A DNA stretch of 64,000 nt from Minisyncoccota bacterium (GTDB taxonomy: Bacteria > Patescibacteriota > Minisyncoccia > UBA6257 > JAGOQP01): assembly GCA_041665445.1 (NCBI GenBank), contig JBAYIV010000002.1:5836-69835 (forward strand), written 5' to 3'. Numbering within the stretch: position 1 is the stretch's first letter; every line of letters begins with the position of its first letter. A program made the translations under genes and the position numbers. Below are positions 1 through 9,232 of the stretch, in pieces. The notes under the pieces were generated by a model. The model was not told where the DNA came from. It saw only the letters and a program-made list of their open reading frames with translations, and did not search any database.

Positions 1-843
1 AATGCGCGCGCCCGATTTTGCGACTGTGATCGTTCGACTTGGCACGACACCACGACGCCGGTCGGCACATGCATAATACGAACAGCTGTTTCAACTTTAT
101 TGACGTTCTGCCCTCCTGGGCCAGACGATCGGAAAAATTCAACCTTCAAATCACTCTCTTTGATATTAAGCGTACTTTCTTTTATTTTTGGCGTCACATC
201 AACTAACGCGAACGATGTATGACGAAGTCCATCAGATGAAAACGGCGACACCCGCACCAAACGATGGACACCACTCTCTTTTTTAAGATATCCAAACGCA
301 TACGCGCCGGCAATTTCAAAAACAATATTTTTGAGCGGATGGCGACCTGTCTTTGACTGGAACGTTTCTTCTGTAGAATCAAGAACATCAAGCCTCCACC
401 CCTGTCGCTGGGCGTATTTTTGATACATCAAAAAGAGCATATGCACCCAGTCGGCCGCATCTTGTCCACCGGCGCCGGCGGCAATGCTTATAATGGCATC
501 GTTTTTATCCCATGGTCCGGCAAAAAGTTTTTTTATTTCCATCGCGCGTACGGAGCGTTCAAGCGCATAGAGACCATCTTCGTTGACTGTTTCTGGCGTA
601 GCGACAAAACCATCACATATATTCGCCGCCGCATCATAAGACTGGACAAGCGATTGTAACTCGCCCATCTCTTTTAGAATCGGCTCGGCGTCTTTTGGAT
701 TTTTCCACAACTCGGCGTCTTGAAGCGCGTACTCGATTTCTTTGATGCGCGTACGTTTACCGTCAACGTCAAAGCCAGCCTCCTAGCTGGCGGAGGCGGA
801 CCGAAAGCTCATTGAGCCGTTCTTGATATTCTTTTTGAATCAT
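1..843 (-). CDS. prfB: peptide chain release factor 2, 3'-truncated at window start; needs a programmed +1 frameshift
   Basis: N-term MIQKEYQERLNELSVRLRQLGGWL then in-frame TGA; +1 frame continues DVDGKRTRIKE...VRVSPFSSDGLRHTSFALV...SSGPGGQNVNKVETAVRI (SPF and GGQ motifs). Confidence 0.9.
768..781 (-). promoter_or_regulatory. prfB programmed +1 frameshift site (CTT TGA C) with internal SD-like AGGAGG 3 nt upstream
   Basis: Minus-strand sequence CTA GGA GGC TGG CTT TGA CGT at codons 21-26; same position and context as the E. coli prfB autoregulatory shift. Confidence 0.8.
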
Positions 844-849
844 GTGCGA

Positions 850-1170
850 TTAATTTTCCCAAAAAATTAAAACCAACGAAACTATGCCTAGTAAAATCCC
901 AATCAATTGCATTCCGGCTATTTCTTCTTTATAAAAAAGATAACCGATTACCACAGCAAGAACGGCGGAGGCAACGGAAAATATGATAGCACCTCGACCT
1001 AAACCGGAACCATTTTTAAGTGCAAGAAGCCAATACGCATTAGCAATAACATAGGCGGTGATTGCGCCAATCCATCGGATAGCACCTCCATACAAAGACC
1101 ATTCCTTTGCAAAAATGTCTGCAACAACTTCAAAAAAGATCAGGAGCGAGAGCGGTAAAAGCCAGCGCAT
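850..1170 (-). CDS. small 4-TM membrane transporter, SMR/EamA-like
   Basis: 106 aa, four hydrophobic helices, membrane-embedded Glu in first helix (FFEVVADIFAKEW); stop 7 nt before prfB start. Confidence 0.5.
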   Translation of the reverse strand: MRWLLPLSLLIFFEVVADIFAKEWSLYGGAIRWIGAITAYVIANAYWLLALKNGSGLGRGAIIFSVASAVLAVVIGYLFYKEEIAGMQLIGILLGIVSLVLIFWEN

Positions 1171-1202
1171 GATGGTGAGTTGTGGGTTGTTGATTAATTT
1201 TG

Positions 1203-1275
1203 AGCCACCTCCCGGATTCGGACCGGGGACCCCATCTTTACGAAAGATGTGCTCTACCAGCTGAGCTAAGGTGGC
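1203..1275 (-). tRNA. tRNA-Thr (anticodon CGT)
   Basis: Minus-strand GCCACCTTAGCTCAGCTGGTAGAGCACATCTTTCGTAAAGATGGGGTCCCCGGTCCGAATCCGGGAGGTGGCT; 7-bp acceptor stem, D-arm GCTCAGCTGGTAGAGC, anticodon loop TTCGTAA, T-arm CCGGTCCGAATCCGG; no encoded CCA. Confidence 0.85.
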
Positions 1276-1720
1276 GAGTCTTAACGAGCAAACGACCCTC
1301 TTTTGCTCTTACACTTACAATTCTATTTTTTCTTCCCTTCCCCCTATTGAGACCAGCATACGTCGGATTCAACGCATCACAGTTAGGACACAGCAAACGA
1401 AGATTGTTCTCGACGTTGTTCTCCCAGTTACCATCGATATGATCGGCGACTAACGGAACTTTCCCAGTTTTTGGATTCACCCTCTTCCATCCACACAAGC
1501 AACATTGGTTGTCGAACTTTTGACGCAAATATCGCTTTATATAACGCGAGACAATGCCCAAACCCTGCAGCCCGCTTACTTCACCAGTATTCCATTTTTT
1601 GATATAGGACTGGTACTGATATTCTATTTGGCACGCATTACTACAATAGACATAGGTCGCTCGAAGCACCTCTTTACTGCACACAAGACACCTTTTCCTC
1701 ATCTTCTTAGGCATCGACAT
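1238..1720 (-). CDS. HNH endonuclease
   Basis: Cys-rich N-terminus (CLVCSKEV...CSNAC) and HNH core VADHIDGNWENNVENNLRLLCPNCD; 3' end of the ORF overlaps the tRNA-Thr by ~38 nt. Confidence 0.6.
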   Translation of the reverse strand: MSMPKKMRKRCLVCSKEVLRATYVYCSNACQIEYQYQSYIKKWNTGEVSGLQGLGIVSRYIKRYLRQKFDNQCCLCGWKRVNPKTGKVPLVADHIDGNWENNVENNLRLLCPNCDALNPTYAGLNRGKGRKNRIVSVRAKEGRLLVKTRHLSSAGRAHLS

Positions 1721-1862
1721 GCACTGAGTCTATCATACGAGAGACCACCGTCAATAAAAGAGGTGGTCGCATGTTAATGTACCATCAGATCATTGCGCTG
1801 TTACGCTATGCAACAACTCAAGAAGAATACGAAAAGATGCAAGAAAAAGCAACCTTTGTGCC

Positions 1863-2147
1863 CTAGTGCCCGTACATCAAAATACCAACCACGACGGCGC
1901 CATTGACGACAAGCCAGAGCGTATACGCAACGATAATCGGCATTTCTTTATGCACGAATCCGTACACAATCCATGGAATGTCAAGAACGGTGTAGACGAG
2001 CCATGAAAAAAGCGAGACTTCTCCGGCGCTGTGCGAAGAAAAGATGGCAATAATCTGCGGAATGGTGGCCGCCGGACCAATGATGGCAATGGCAACCAAA
2101 AGATTGTCCAAAAAACGCCCCCATGCGGTCGGGTGCGGATAGGGCAT
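1863..2147 (-). CDS. SemiSWEET / PQ-loop 3-TM sugar transporter-like protein
   Basis: ~94 aa from internal Met (MPYPHPTAW...); PQ motif (ATIPQIIAIF), WxxYG (PWIVYGF), Asn in TM3 (LVVNGAVV). Confidence 0.55.
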   Translation of the reverse strand: MPYPHPTAWGRFLDNLLVAIAIIGPAATIPQIIAIFSSHSAGEVSLFSWLVYTVLDIPWIVYGFVHKEMPIIVAYTLWLVVNGAVVVGILMYGH

Positions 2148-2203
2148 CGCTCGTTTGCGCGTATGAATATGATGTGTTGAAAATTGCATGCGCGATAATC
2201 CGA

Positions 2204-2872
2204 TTATACGGTGAGAAACGCAAAATGTCCAAGTAGCTGTGGATATATATGTGCCAACACCAACGCCCCTGCCGCGGCAAGCAGCATCGGCCAGCCAAGG
2301 GTGGTATATTTTTCCTTAAAGAAAATCATCCGCACCAACGAAACCAAAACCACCATCACAAAGACCAACGGCACAAACAAGACAATCAACGGCCAACCGA
2401 CAACCAATGCCGCCAATAAACCGACTTGCAATTCCGTTTCATCAAAAAAACGACTCCGATACTTTTTGAGTAGCGCTAAAATTCCCCAAAAAACAATCGC
2501 ACACCCGATCCCAAGTAAAATAGCAAGCCAAAATCTACCATAGACATAGTAGGTAAAATATCCGGAACGCAGATGGAAAAGCCGAACAATCCACGCGACT
2601 GCCGACGTTTCTCCTATCTGAGCATCCAGCGGTTGGGCAAGCAAAGCCTTGGTGAGCGGACTGGCACCCCATGCAGCATATTGGGCAAGGGTCATATACA
2701 CCGCATATAAAATCTGCGCCAGCATCGCTATAAAAGTCGCACCCCACACCGCACCACCAACGTGACGCCACCGAGCACGCATGGCATACGCGATCCCTCC
2801 GACAAAAAGCAAAACCGCATCAACACCAGCCGCCATTGCAGGAACGTACTGAGCAAACGAATAAAAAGTCAT
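2204..2872 (-). CDS. polytopic integral membrane protein, function unknown
   Basis: 222 aa, 6-7 predicted TM helices; no recognisable catalytic motif (prepilin-peptidase motifs looked for and not found). Confidence 0.5.
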   Translation of the reverse strand: MTFYSFAQYVPAMAAGVDAVLLFVGGIAYAMRARWRHVGGAVWGATFIAMLAQILYAVYMTLAQYAAWGASPLTKALLAQPLDAQIGETSAVAWIVRLFHLRSGYFTYYVYGRFWLAILLGIGCAIVFWGILALLKKYRSRFFDETELQVGLLAALVVGWPLIVLFVPLVFVMVVLVSLVRMIFFKEKYTTLGWPMLLAAAGALVLAHIYPQLLGHFAFLTV

Positions 2873-2877
2873 ACCAA

Positions 2878-4626
2878 TTATCTTTTTTCCTGATGGTCGA
2901 GCGAATCAAGCGTTCCCTCAATCTTTTTTTCTACATCCGCAACATCATCGCGCAATTCGGTCAGAAGGGCGCTTTCTTCTTCGGAGAGACGACGCTTAGA
3001 AGTTGTTTTTTCTAAGATATCAACGTGATTGCGCACATGCGCGGCAAGACGGATTAATGCTTGATGCAATGTTTCTTCTGTTTTATGTTTCCCGATGCCA
3101 ATTTCTTTTTGCAGCCGGCGCAGGCGTCGCACCATGAGCAACGCGACAAAAGCGGTGCCAATGAGGAAAAATATAATAAAGGCACCAAGCGAGCCATACG
3201 TAAGCCACGACATTGCAATGCGCATCCATGCTTGTTGATTAATGACCAGCGATACTGGTGCCGTCGGATTACTTTGTGCGCCGCGTGCATCAACCGCATG
3301 TGCCGTAAGTACATAGAGTCCATCGCTGACTTTGGTGGGCCAGACTAACGCAAAGTTTCCGTCAACAGTTGTCGAGGCCGAAGCAACGAACGCCTCTCCG
3401 TTTTCTCCCTTTAACGAAAGAACAATTGATTCTCCCGACGTCGCATGACCAGCGATGATGATCGGATCCCCCGCTACGCTTTGAAGCGGGTACGAGTCAA
3501 TAACGGGGGCGGGAATCGGAACCACCGTTAGTTGCGTCGTGGCCCGCGTGCTATTTCCTGCCGCGTCGAATGCTTCAACGGTGATTGTTTTCTGCCCGGG
3601 CGCTTGCGGGGGCAATTGATAAGTCGCCATATTCTTCGATGGATTGGCAGCGACTGTGTCAATTATCTGCCCATCAACGGTGATTGTATAATGATCAACG
3701 CCCGAAAGATCATCGGCTGTCCCAAATGAAATCGTCGGATGCGGATCGTCGCTTGGAGACTCGCCCTGAACGAGAACGGCAAAATTGTGTGGTGGTGCAG
3801 TATCAATATTCACTCGATGCATGCCAACCGCCCCCCATCCGTCCTTTGTTTGTTCCTGGACGCGGAAATACCATGTCCCGTCATCGCTCGCATCAATGTT
3901 TTTTGTCCAAATGGGGGGATCGTAGGACACCGCGGGTAGCGTTGCTTTGTTTTGATCATACACCAAACGAACGGCAGTCACTAAACTATTTTTTGGCCAC
4001 GCAAAAACGACGGGGCTCTTGGCATACCATTTTGTTTGATCGGGATGCGTCACCGAAGATATGACCGGCGCACCGGACGGAACGGGCGGCTCGGGAGCGA
4101 TGATTTCTTGCGCTCGCACCGCAACCTGCGCATTGGCGACGCTGGTTAAAATTTGCGTTCCCTGACCATCATTGGCGAGCACCGACCCATCGCGAATGGA
4201 AAACGACCCACTCCCCGCCGACTGCGCGCGCGCGTAGACCGTCAACACTAAACCACGGTCTCCGGTAAATCCCGGATTAGTCACTACGCCGCTAAAATAG
4301 ACCGAACGGCCCGTACCGGCATATGATGGCTTCTGAATCCAGAAAGAGATAATTGAACCGTCAATCGCAACACTTGAAAAATCAACCATCGACGGCACAA
4401 CCAGCGTTCCCTCAACAGCGTTTGTCGCCTCACCCGAGCTCCCCACATAGATGCGCGCGACAATGGTATCTCCTATCCCGTAAGTCGTGCGCGATGTAGC
4501 CACCGACAGGGTCGCTGCACTGGCGTACGATGGCGTTAAAATACCCAAGGCGCATGCAAAAAAAAGAATTCCGAAAAACGATCCGATAACTGCCTGAATA
4601 ATTTTTTGAGGCCTAGGAAGAGACAT
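2878..4626 (-). CDS. cell-surface protein with N-terminal cohesin-like domain, Ig-like middle domains, C-terminal TM anchor and charged coiled-coil tail
   Basis: Signal peptide from internal Met (MSLPRPQKIIQAVIGSFFGILFF); cohesin-like block ...NAVEGTLVVP...VLANDGQGTQIL shared with two paralogs; Ig-like motifs (DGTWYFRV, VNIDTAPP); TM AFIIFFLIGTAFVALLMV then RRLRRLQKE. Confidence 0.7.
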   Translation of the reverse strand: MSLPRPQKIIQAVIGSFFGILFFACALGILTPSYASAATLSVATSRTTYGIGDTIVARIYVGSSGEATNAVEGTLVVPSMVDFSSVAIDGSIISFWIQKPSYAGTGRSVYFSGVVTNPGFTGDRGLVLTVYARAQSAGSGSFSIRDGSVLANDGQGTQILTSVANAQVAVRAQEIIAPEPPVPSGAPVISSVTHPDQTKWYAKSPVVFAWPKNSLVTAVRLVYDQNKATLPAVSYDPPIWTKNIDASDDGTWYFRVQEQTKDGWGAVGMHRVNIDTAPPHNFAVLVQGESPSDDPHPTISFGTADDLSGVDHYTITVDGQIIDTVAANPSKNMATYQLPPQAPGQKTITVEAFDAAGNSTRATTQLTVVPIPAPVIDSYPLQSVAGDPIIIAGHATSGESIVLSLKGENGEAFVASASTTVDGNFALVWPTKVSDGLYVLTAHAVDARGAQSNPTAPVSLVINQQAWMRIAMSWLTYGSLGAFIIFFLIGTAFVALLMVRRLRRLQKEIGIGKHKTEETLHQALIRLAAHVRNHVDILEKTTSKRRLSEEESALLTELRDDVADVEKKIEGTLDSLDHQEKR

Positions 4627-5623
4627 GACGCTTGATATTGATGAGTATATACCATCCAACAATACTCGCAAACCCAACGCCAACCAATAACCAAAGAATC
4701 ATCCGCCATGATTGTGCGATCGGGCCTAATAAAGGCGCACGCGCTGGCGCGACAATTGCTACGCGCGCATTGCCGGCTCCATCAATCGCACGCACATACA
4801 CATAATTCCCCAACGACTGGTCAGCGAGCCGATAGGGGCTTGTCGCCTCATGCCAAACAAGAGCATCGCCATAATGAACGGGATCAATCACGCGCGAATC
4901 TTCTGCAACGGCATATCCCGCGATACCCGTGTCATTATCGCGCGTGGAAAACGAAACAAAATATTCCCCCTCTAACACCAACGGATCGCGCGCCACAAGC
5001 GGCGTAAACGCGTCGGGAGGAATAACATCAACGGACGTATATTTTTTATTTTGCGCATCATTTCCGGACAGCGCATTGTCACCGATCGTAAGATTGTCCC
5101 CCGTAATAGTCAGGGGCGCGGGGGTACCCTTCCCGTCATTGCGCAACACCAATGCATTGTGCACGTCAAATAAAGCTCCCCCGGCATGCTGGGCAAGGAA
5201 AACAAGATCAATAATTTTCCCCGGACGCTCTCCCTCCCAATACGCACTCAAACTGCCGTTATACCCGCCGGGCATAATGCCACTGATGGTGATTGCGCTG
5301 TTGACATTGGCGGTCGTCGTCGTATCGCGCGCAACCCATTCTCCGATAACCGAATCGGCATTGCGAATCGTCTGAAGATTTACTTGGGTGCCAAAACTGA
5401 CGGTTGCCTGCACCGCATTCACCGATTCCCCTTGCGGGTCAAGCATCAGAGAAACCGTCACCGTGTCGCCGACACCAACCGCATTGGGTTGATGAACCAA
5501 ATATAAACGAGCCGCAAACACGGAATGAGGAAAGACAAAAAGCGATCCGGTCAGGATGATGCCAAGCGCAACCAGCGGAGCGCTTTTGAAAAATTTTTGA
5601 TTTTTAAATTTTAATTTTTGCAT
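4613..5623 (-). CDS. cell-surface protein with N-terminal cohesin-like domain and C-terminal TM anchor (paralog of 2878..4626)
   Basis: Signal peptide, ...VNAVQATVSFG...VLRNDGKGTPAPL cohesin-like block, C-terminal TM ILWLLVGVGFASIVGWYILI. Confidence 0.7.
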   Translation of the reverse strand: MQKLKFKNQKFFKSAPLVALGIILTGSLFVFPHSVFAARLYLVHQPNAVGVGDTVTVSLMLDPQGESVNAVQATVSFGTQVNLQTIRNADSVIGEWVARDTTTTANVNSAITISGIMPGGYNGSLSAYWEGERPGKIIDLVFLAQHAGGALFDVHNALVLRNDGKGTPAPLTITGDNLTIGDNALSGNDAQNKKYTSVDVIPPDAFTPLVARDPLVLEGEYFVSFSTRDNDTGIAGYAVAEDSRVIDPVHYGDALVWHEATSPYRLADQSLGNYVYVRAIDGAGNARVAIVAPARAPLLGPIAQSWRMILWLLVGVGFASIVGWYILINIKRHVSS

Positions 5624-5889
5624 TTCTCTCCCTGAGCATACAAATACTCTTTAAGCATTCTTTTGAGTAAACGGCTCCCCTGACTTGTTTTTAAATATTT
5701 TTCTCTACGCATCGCATCATCTTTGTTACGATACGCCTCATAATGAATGAGCACCCATGGAACATATTTTCTTGTGTACGTGACAAAGCCATCATTGTGT
5801 TGTTTAAACCTTCTTCGCAAGTCATTCGTATAACCGATATACAAACTCTTATTTTTTACGCTCTCTAATATATAAACGTAGTAGAACAT
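5611..5889 (-). CDS. GIY-YIG nuclease family protein
   Basis: MFYYVYILES...SLYIGYTNDLRRRFKQHN, canonical GIY-YIG motifs; 92 aa. Confidence 0.85.
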   Translation of the reverse strand: MFYYVYILESVKNKSLYIGYTNDLRRRFKQHNDGFVTYTRKYVPWVLIHYEAYRNKDDAMRREKYLKTSQGSRLLKRMLKEYLYAQGEKCKN

Positions 5890-5892
5890 ATT

Positions 5893-5976
5893 CGGTCCAC
5901 CGGGTAGTGAAAATGCGATCCGCTACGCGGAAAGTCTCGCCAACAGGCGAGACAATCGCATTTCTACTACCCGGTC
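5893..5976. repeat. compound imperfect inverted repeat (outer ~20-bp arms CCGGGTAGTGAAAATGCGAT / ATCGCATTTCTACTACCCGG, inner 8-bp hairpin GTCTCGCC-AACA-GGCGAGAC) between the dockerin gene and the GIY-YIG gene
   Basis: Seen directly; no adjacent U-run, so not a typical intrinsic terminator. Confidence 0.5.
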
Positions 5977-7031
5977 CAATAATATGCCATAATTGAAAAA
6001 TCGATGAGATCCACTTTGCCGTCCATGTTTAAATCAACTCGCTGTTCCGCTTCTGCTGTCAGCGGTCGTTTATACCAATACGCCAGAATCGAAAAATCAA
6101 CGAGGTTTACTTTGCCGTCGCAGTTCAGATCTGCACGCATACAGCTATAAGACTGCGTGTAAACGTTTGAATCGCCGACTTTAAAAAACGCAACGGCGGA
6201 ATAGGGACTCTGCACCCCATTCAGCGTCGTCTTTGCCATCGCCGAATGATCGCCGTACGACAATAGCGACGAATCAAGTTGCTGTGTGTAAATTCCGTCC
6301 GCGCCGGTCGTCACTGTGCTGGTGACTATTTGACTAGAATGAATAGAGAGGTTAACCGTACTACTTGGAGCGCTCGCCCCTGTTATAATAATCGGGTCCC
6401 CCTGCTTCACATGAGATTTATCAGTTACAATAGTCGGCGGAATAAAAATTCCGCTCACAACAGTTGATATCCCGTTGGTGATATCAACCGCAAAGGTATT
6501 GAGCACCGACCGAGTGCCACGCGCATCTTGCGAATAAACGCTAAACGTATAGACACCCCCCGAAAGCCCCGACAAATTAAATTCAAAATGCGCATCGGGA
6601 CTTGCGGTAACACGAGCCACTTGTTGCCCATCGCGCAATAAGACGATCGGGCTTCCCGGATATGCTGTCCCCCGAAATGTTACTTGGGTCACCGATGACG
6701 GCGGAGCACCACCGCCTCCCCCGCCACCGCCGGGCGGGATCACCATAAAACAAGCTGAGGCGTTTATTGTGCAATCAACATTGCACGATAAACCGCCTCC
6801 CGTATAGCCGAATGAGGCACAGGTGAGATTATTGAGATTTGCCCCATCACATTGCTCGCCGCTATCAATGCTACCGTTACCGCACGACAGCGGTATGACC
6901 CGCGCACTAACCGTTACCGAAACCGCTTGCGCGTGCAAAAAAACATGACGCATAATGATAGAATAAGCGCCCGAGAAGGCGCTTATTACCACGGCGCATA
7001 TGAGAAGTAGTTCAAATTTCCTTTCTTTCAT
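5967..7031 (-). CDS. secreted dockerin-containing protein (Cys-rich N-terminal module, poly-Gly linker, Ig-like domains, C-terminal type-I dockerin)
   Basis: C-terminus DLNCDGKVNLVDFSILAYWY...VDLNMDGKVDLIDFSIMAYYW = two dockerin Ca-binding repeats (DxNxDGxVNxxD); signal anchor; GGGGGGGG linker. Confidence 0.8.
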   Translation of the reverse strand: MKERKFELLLICAVVISAFSGAYSIIMRHVFLHAQAVSVTVSARVIPLSCGNGSIDSGEQCDGANLNNLTCASFGYTGGGLSCNVDCTINASACFMVIPPGGGGGGGGAPPSSVTQVTFRGTAYPGSPIVLLRDGQQVARVTASPDAHFEFNLSGLSGGVYTFSVYSQDARGTRSVLNTFAVDITNGISTVVSGIFIPPTIVTDKSHVKQGDPIIITGASAPSSTVNLSIHSSQIVTSTVTTGADGIYTQQLDSSLLSYGDHSAMAKTTLNGVQSPYSAVAFFKVGDSNVYTQSYSCMRADLNCDGKVNLVDFSILAYWYKRPLTAEAEQRVDLNMDGKVDLIDFSIMAYYWTG

Positions 7032-7069
7032 GCGTCAATAAACAACAACCGATCCCACCACCCCCTAAA

Positions 7070-7975
7070 TTATGAATGAGACGCGCGATTCACGATCCAT
7101 TTATTATATCGCTTGATGCCGACCGGCAAAACCCAGAAAATCACAATCAGAATGAGTGCGATAACAATCGTGTTCCACAGGGGCAGAACGAAGAACCACC
7201 TTGAGGCGGTTACCTGCGTGGAATTCTGGCCATAGGTCAGCGTTGCCACCGCATGGTAGAGCCCGAATGCCCAGGGATTGCTCTGCCACACGGCATCAAA
7301 TGACTTCGTGCTTTGCGGCAGAACGTTTGACCCGGGTTCATTGACCGAAAGTGTCGCCGAGGTCATCCCCAACATATTACGTACCACGATGCTTCCCTGC
7401 GGTTTTTCATAAACGTTTCCTTCATTCTTGAACGAGGTGGAAAATGATATCGGGTATCCAAAGAAAAATAAACCTCCGTTATTGGCGACAAAATTAGTCA
7501 TTGATCCGCCTTCGTGGATATCGCCGGCAACAGTCATGTACACCAAAATTCCCGCGCGTGTCACAATGGAGACTTGCTGACCTCCCTGCACATTAGGAGG
7601 AGCCGTGCTCCACCACATCACCGCAAAATGTCCTCCCGGCGGAGCATTTTTCGGAATATCCATTGTAAACGGAATATCTTTCTGTTCTCCCGCCTTAAGC
7701 GTTACTGATGGCAACGCCACGAACCACGTCGCGATATCGCTCGTTTCTTTGGTAAAAATTTTATTACCATTATTTTCTATAAATTTTTCAAACGATGGAT
7801 AGAAAGTCGCCTCTTCGTTGCCATCATTGATCACCGTTACGGTTCCTTTCACCGTATCGCCCGGATTTACAGAAAACTCAAGCCGAACTGGTCCGACTGT
7901 AATCGCATGTGCCATAGGTGCACTGGCCAGTGCACCTATGATTCCAAGCACCATGAGCAGTGCCTTTTTTTTCAT
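7070..7975 (-). CDS. surface protein with signal peptide, beta-rich ectodomain and C-terminal TM anchor
   Basis: MKKKALLMVLGIIGALASAPMAHA signal; C-terminal TM IVIALILIVIFWVLPV + KRYNK; architecture like CscA/DUF916-type anchors, but this is not verifiable here. Confidence 0.55.
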   Translation of the reverse strand: MKKKALLMVLGIIGALASAPMAHAITVGPVRLEFSVNPGDTVKGTVTVINDGNEEATFYPSFEKFIENNGNKIFTKETSDIATWFVALPSVTLKAGEQKDIPFTMDIPKNAPPGGHFAVMWWSTAPPNVQGGQQVSIVTRAGILVYMTVAGDIHEGGSMTNFVANNGGLFFFGYPISFSTSFKNEGNVYEKPQGSIVVRNMLGMTSATLSVNEPGSNVLPQSTKSFDAVWQSNPWAFGLYHAVATLTYGQNSTQVTASRWFFVLPLWNTIVIALILIVIFWVLPVGIKRYNKWIVNRASHS

Positions 7976-8008
7976 AATATAATATAAGCGGAGAGTATTT
8001 TGTGCTGG

Positions 8009-8599
8009 CTAGTTTCCCGTGCAACCATAGGTAATAGTGTCTGCATAGCTTCCCGCTGACGTCAAACCACTAATCGCCGCTTTATGGGTGACAACGACCT
8101 CTTTGCCGCTGATCGGTGCCGCTGACGACGCCAAGGTTACCGTAGAAACAGAGAGTCCACCGACTACATTCCCCGTCTGAAGATATTTTGTGGCGATCGT
8201 TAGGGTTCCACCAGTCCCTGCCGCCGTACCGGCGCCTTGAATGCCGTACCCCTCGACTCCCGCGGAAAGCGTCGCGTCAGCCGACGGTACTAAGTGTGAA
8301 GCAACTGAATTCCACAAACCTGGATTGGTTGTGTCCCCCGCATCATTGACCGACAACGTACATCCCGCGCCATAGTTACAAGACATAGTCGTCGTAACGT
8401 TTGGCGTTGAAGTTGTTATAACACCAGTTGTCAACGTTCCAAACGCTGTTGTGGTTGTTGCTGTTGAGCACGAAACCGACGTAGCAACTGTTGCGCTGAC
8501 CGTCACCGTACCCGCCTGCACACTGACAATCATCGCGGCCGTACCGGCAATAATTACCGCTCCGACCAACAATCCCAACGCAATACTCTTTTTATTCAT
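8009..8599 (-). CDS. small secreted Cys/Thr/Gly-rich protein, stand-alone copy of the C-terminal domain of the 1320-aa surface protein (SCPU/Csu-pilin-like suspected)
   Basis: TVTVSATVATSVSCSTATTTTAFGTLT...SCNYGAGCTL...GLWNSVASHL...VVVTHKAAISGLTSAGSYADTITYGCTGN aligns residue-by-residue with the last ~170 aa of 9269..13231. Confidence 0.6.
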   Translation of the reverse strand: MNKKSIALGLLVGAVIIAGTAAMIVSVQAGTVTVSATVATSVSCSTATTTTAFGTLTTGVITTSTPNVTTTMSCNYGAGCTLSVNDAGDTTNPGLWNSVASHLVPSADATLSAGVEGYGIQGAGTAAGTGGTLTIATKYLQTGNVVGGLSVSTVTLASSAAPISGKEVVVTHKAAISGLTSAGSYADTITYGCTGN

Positions 8600-8743
8600 A
8601 CCTTTTTTGTTTTAGTGACTATTATATATAAAACTATTTTTTAAATCCTCCAATTGCTGTCTTATTTGCCGTTATTTTCCCAAGGATAAATCGACCCCGT
8701 TGTTTAAAAAATCGGCACAAAAACTTTTATAACTACTTGTTTG

Positions 8744-8754
8744 AGTATAACACA
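8744..8754 (-). promoter_or_regulatory. extended -10 promoter element TGnTATACT (minus strand) with conserved downstream CAAACAAG
   Basis: Minus-strand TGTGTTATACTCAAACAAG; the same motif recurs at ~25985 and ~29265 upstream of other minus-strand genes. Confidence 0.35.
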
Positions 8755-8777
8755 AGAGAAAAAATAAAAAAAGCAAG

Positions 8778-8850
8778 TGGGGTGTGGATAACATACCGAA
8801 GGCTTTGGGGTAAAGGGTTTAGGGTAGAGGAGGTTGGGGTTAGGAGGGAG
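8778..8850. repeat. G-rich tract (GGGGTAAAGGGTTTAGGGTAGAGGAGGTTGGGGTTAGGAGGG) at the 3' flank of the four-helix-bundle gene
   Basis: Shares complementary submotifs (GGGTAGAGG / CCTCTACCC; GGGGTAAAGGG / CCCTTTCCCC) with the C-rich tract at 9233..9268. Confidence 0.4.
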
Positions 8851-8852
8851 AA

Positions 8853-9212
8853 TTAACAGCGAAGTTTAATTTTTCTAATCATAGCCGCGAGCATCTTTTG
8901 AATTTCCTCTAGTTTCCCCTCCGCATCACCAAAGGCTTCATTTTTATAGAGATCTCTGGCTATAGTAATCTGCGTCTCGAGTTCTGCCGCCGAACCATTT
9001 GCAATACTCAAAAACTGCAGGTATTCAGCGGTATTTTTTCTTTTATACCCTTCGGCGATATTTGACGGGATTGATACTGACGCTCGCCTCATTTGCGACG
9101 ATAGTCCGTATATTTCTGACTTCGGAAAATGCTCGGTTATCCGATATATTTCCTTTGATAGCGCAATTGATTTTTGCCAAACCAAAAGATCTTTAAAAGA
9201 TTTCAGGGACAT
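8853..9212 (-). CDS. four-helix-bundle protein (23S rRNA intervening-sequence protein family)
   Basis: LLVWQKSIALSKEIYRITEHFPKSEIYGLSSQMRRASVSIPSNIAEGY, family signature. Confidence 0.85.
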   Translation of the reverse strand: MSLKSFKDLLVWQKSIALSKEIYRITEHFPKSEIYGLSSQMRRASVSIPSNIAEGYKRKNTAEYLQFLSIANGSAAELETQITIARDLYKNEAFGDAEGKLEEIQKMLAAMIRKIKLRC

Positions 9213-9232
9213 AATTATATTTTTTTGCTCCT

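Noticed and set aside
1058-1442. Plus-strand ORFs 1058..1264 and 1200..1442
   Set aside because: They run antisense across the tRNA-Thr and the SMR-like gene; no SD or promoter; composition not protein-like
2204-2872. Prepilin peptidase (A24) call for the 222-aa membrane protein
   Set aside because: The two catalytic Asp motifs (cytoplasmic-loop D and GGGDxKL-type) are absent
6700-6740. Poly-Gly coding run (GGGGGGGG) in the dockerin protein as a slippage tract
   Set aside because: The DNA is a mixed GGC/GGA/GGG/GGT codon run rather than a homopolymer, so it is unlikely to be a phase-variation site
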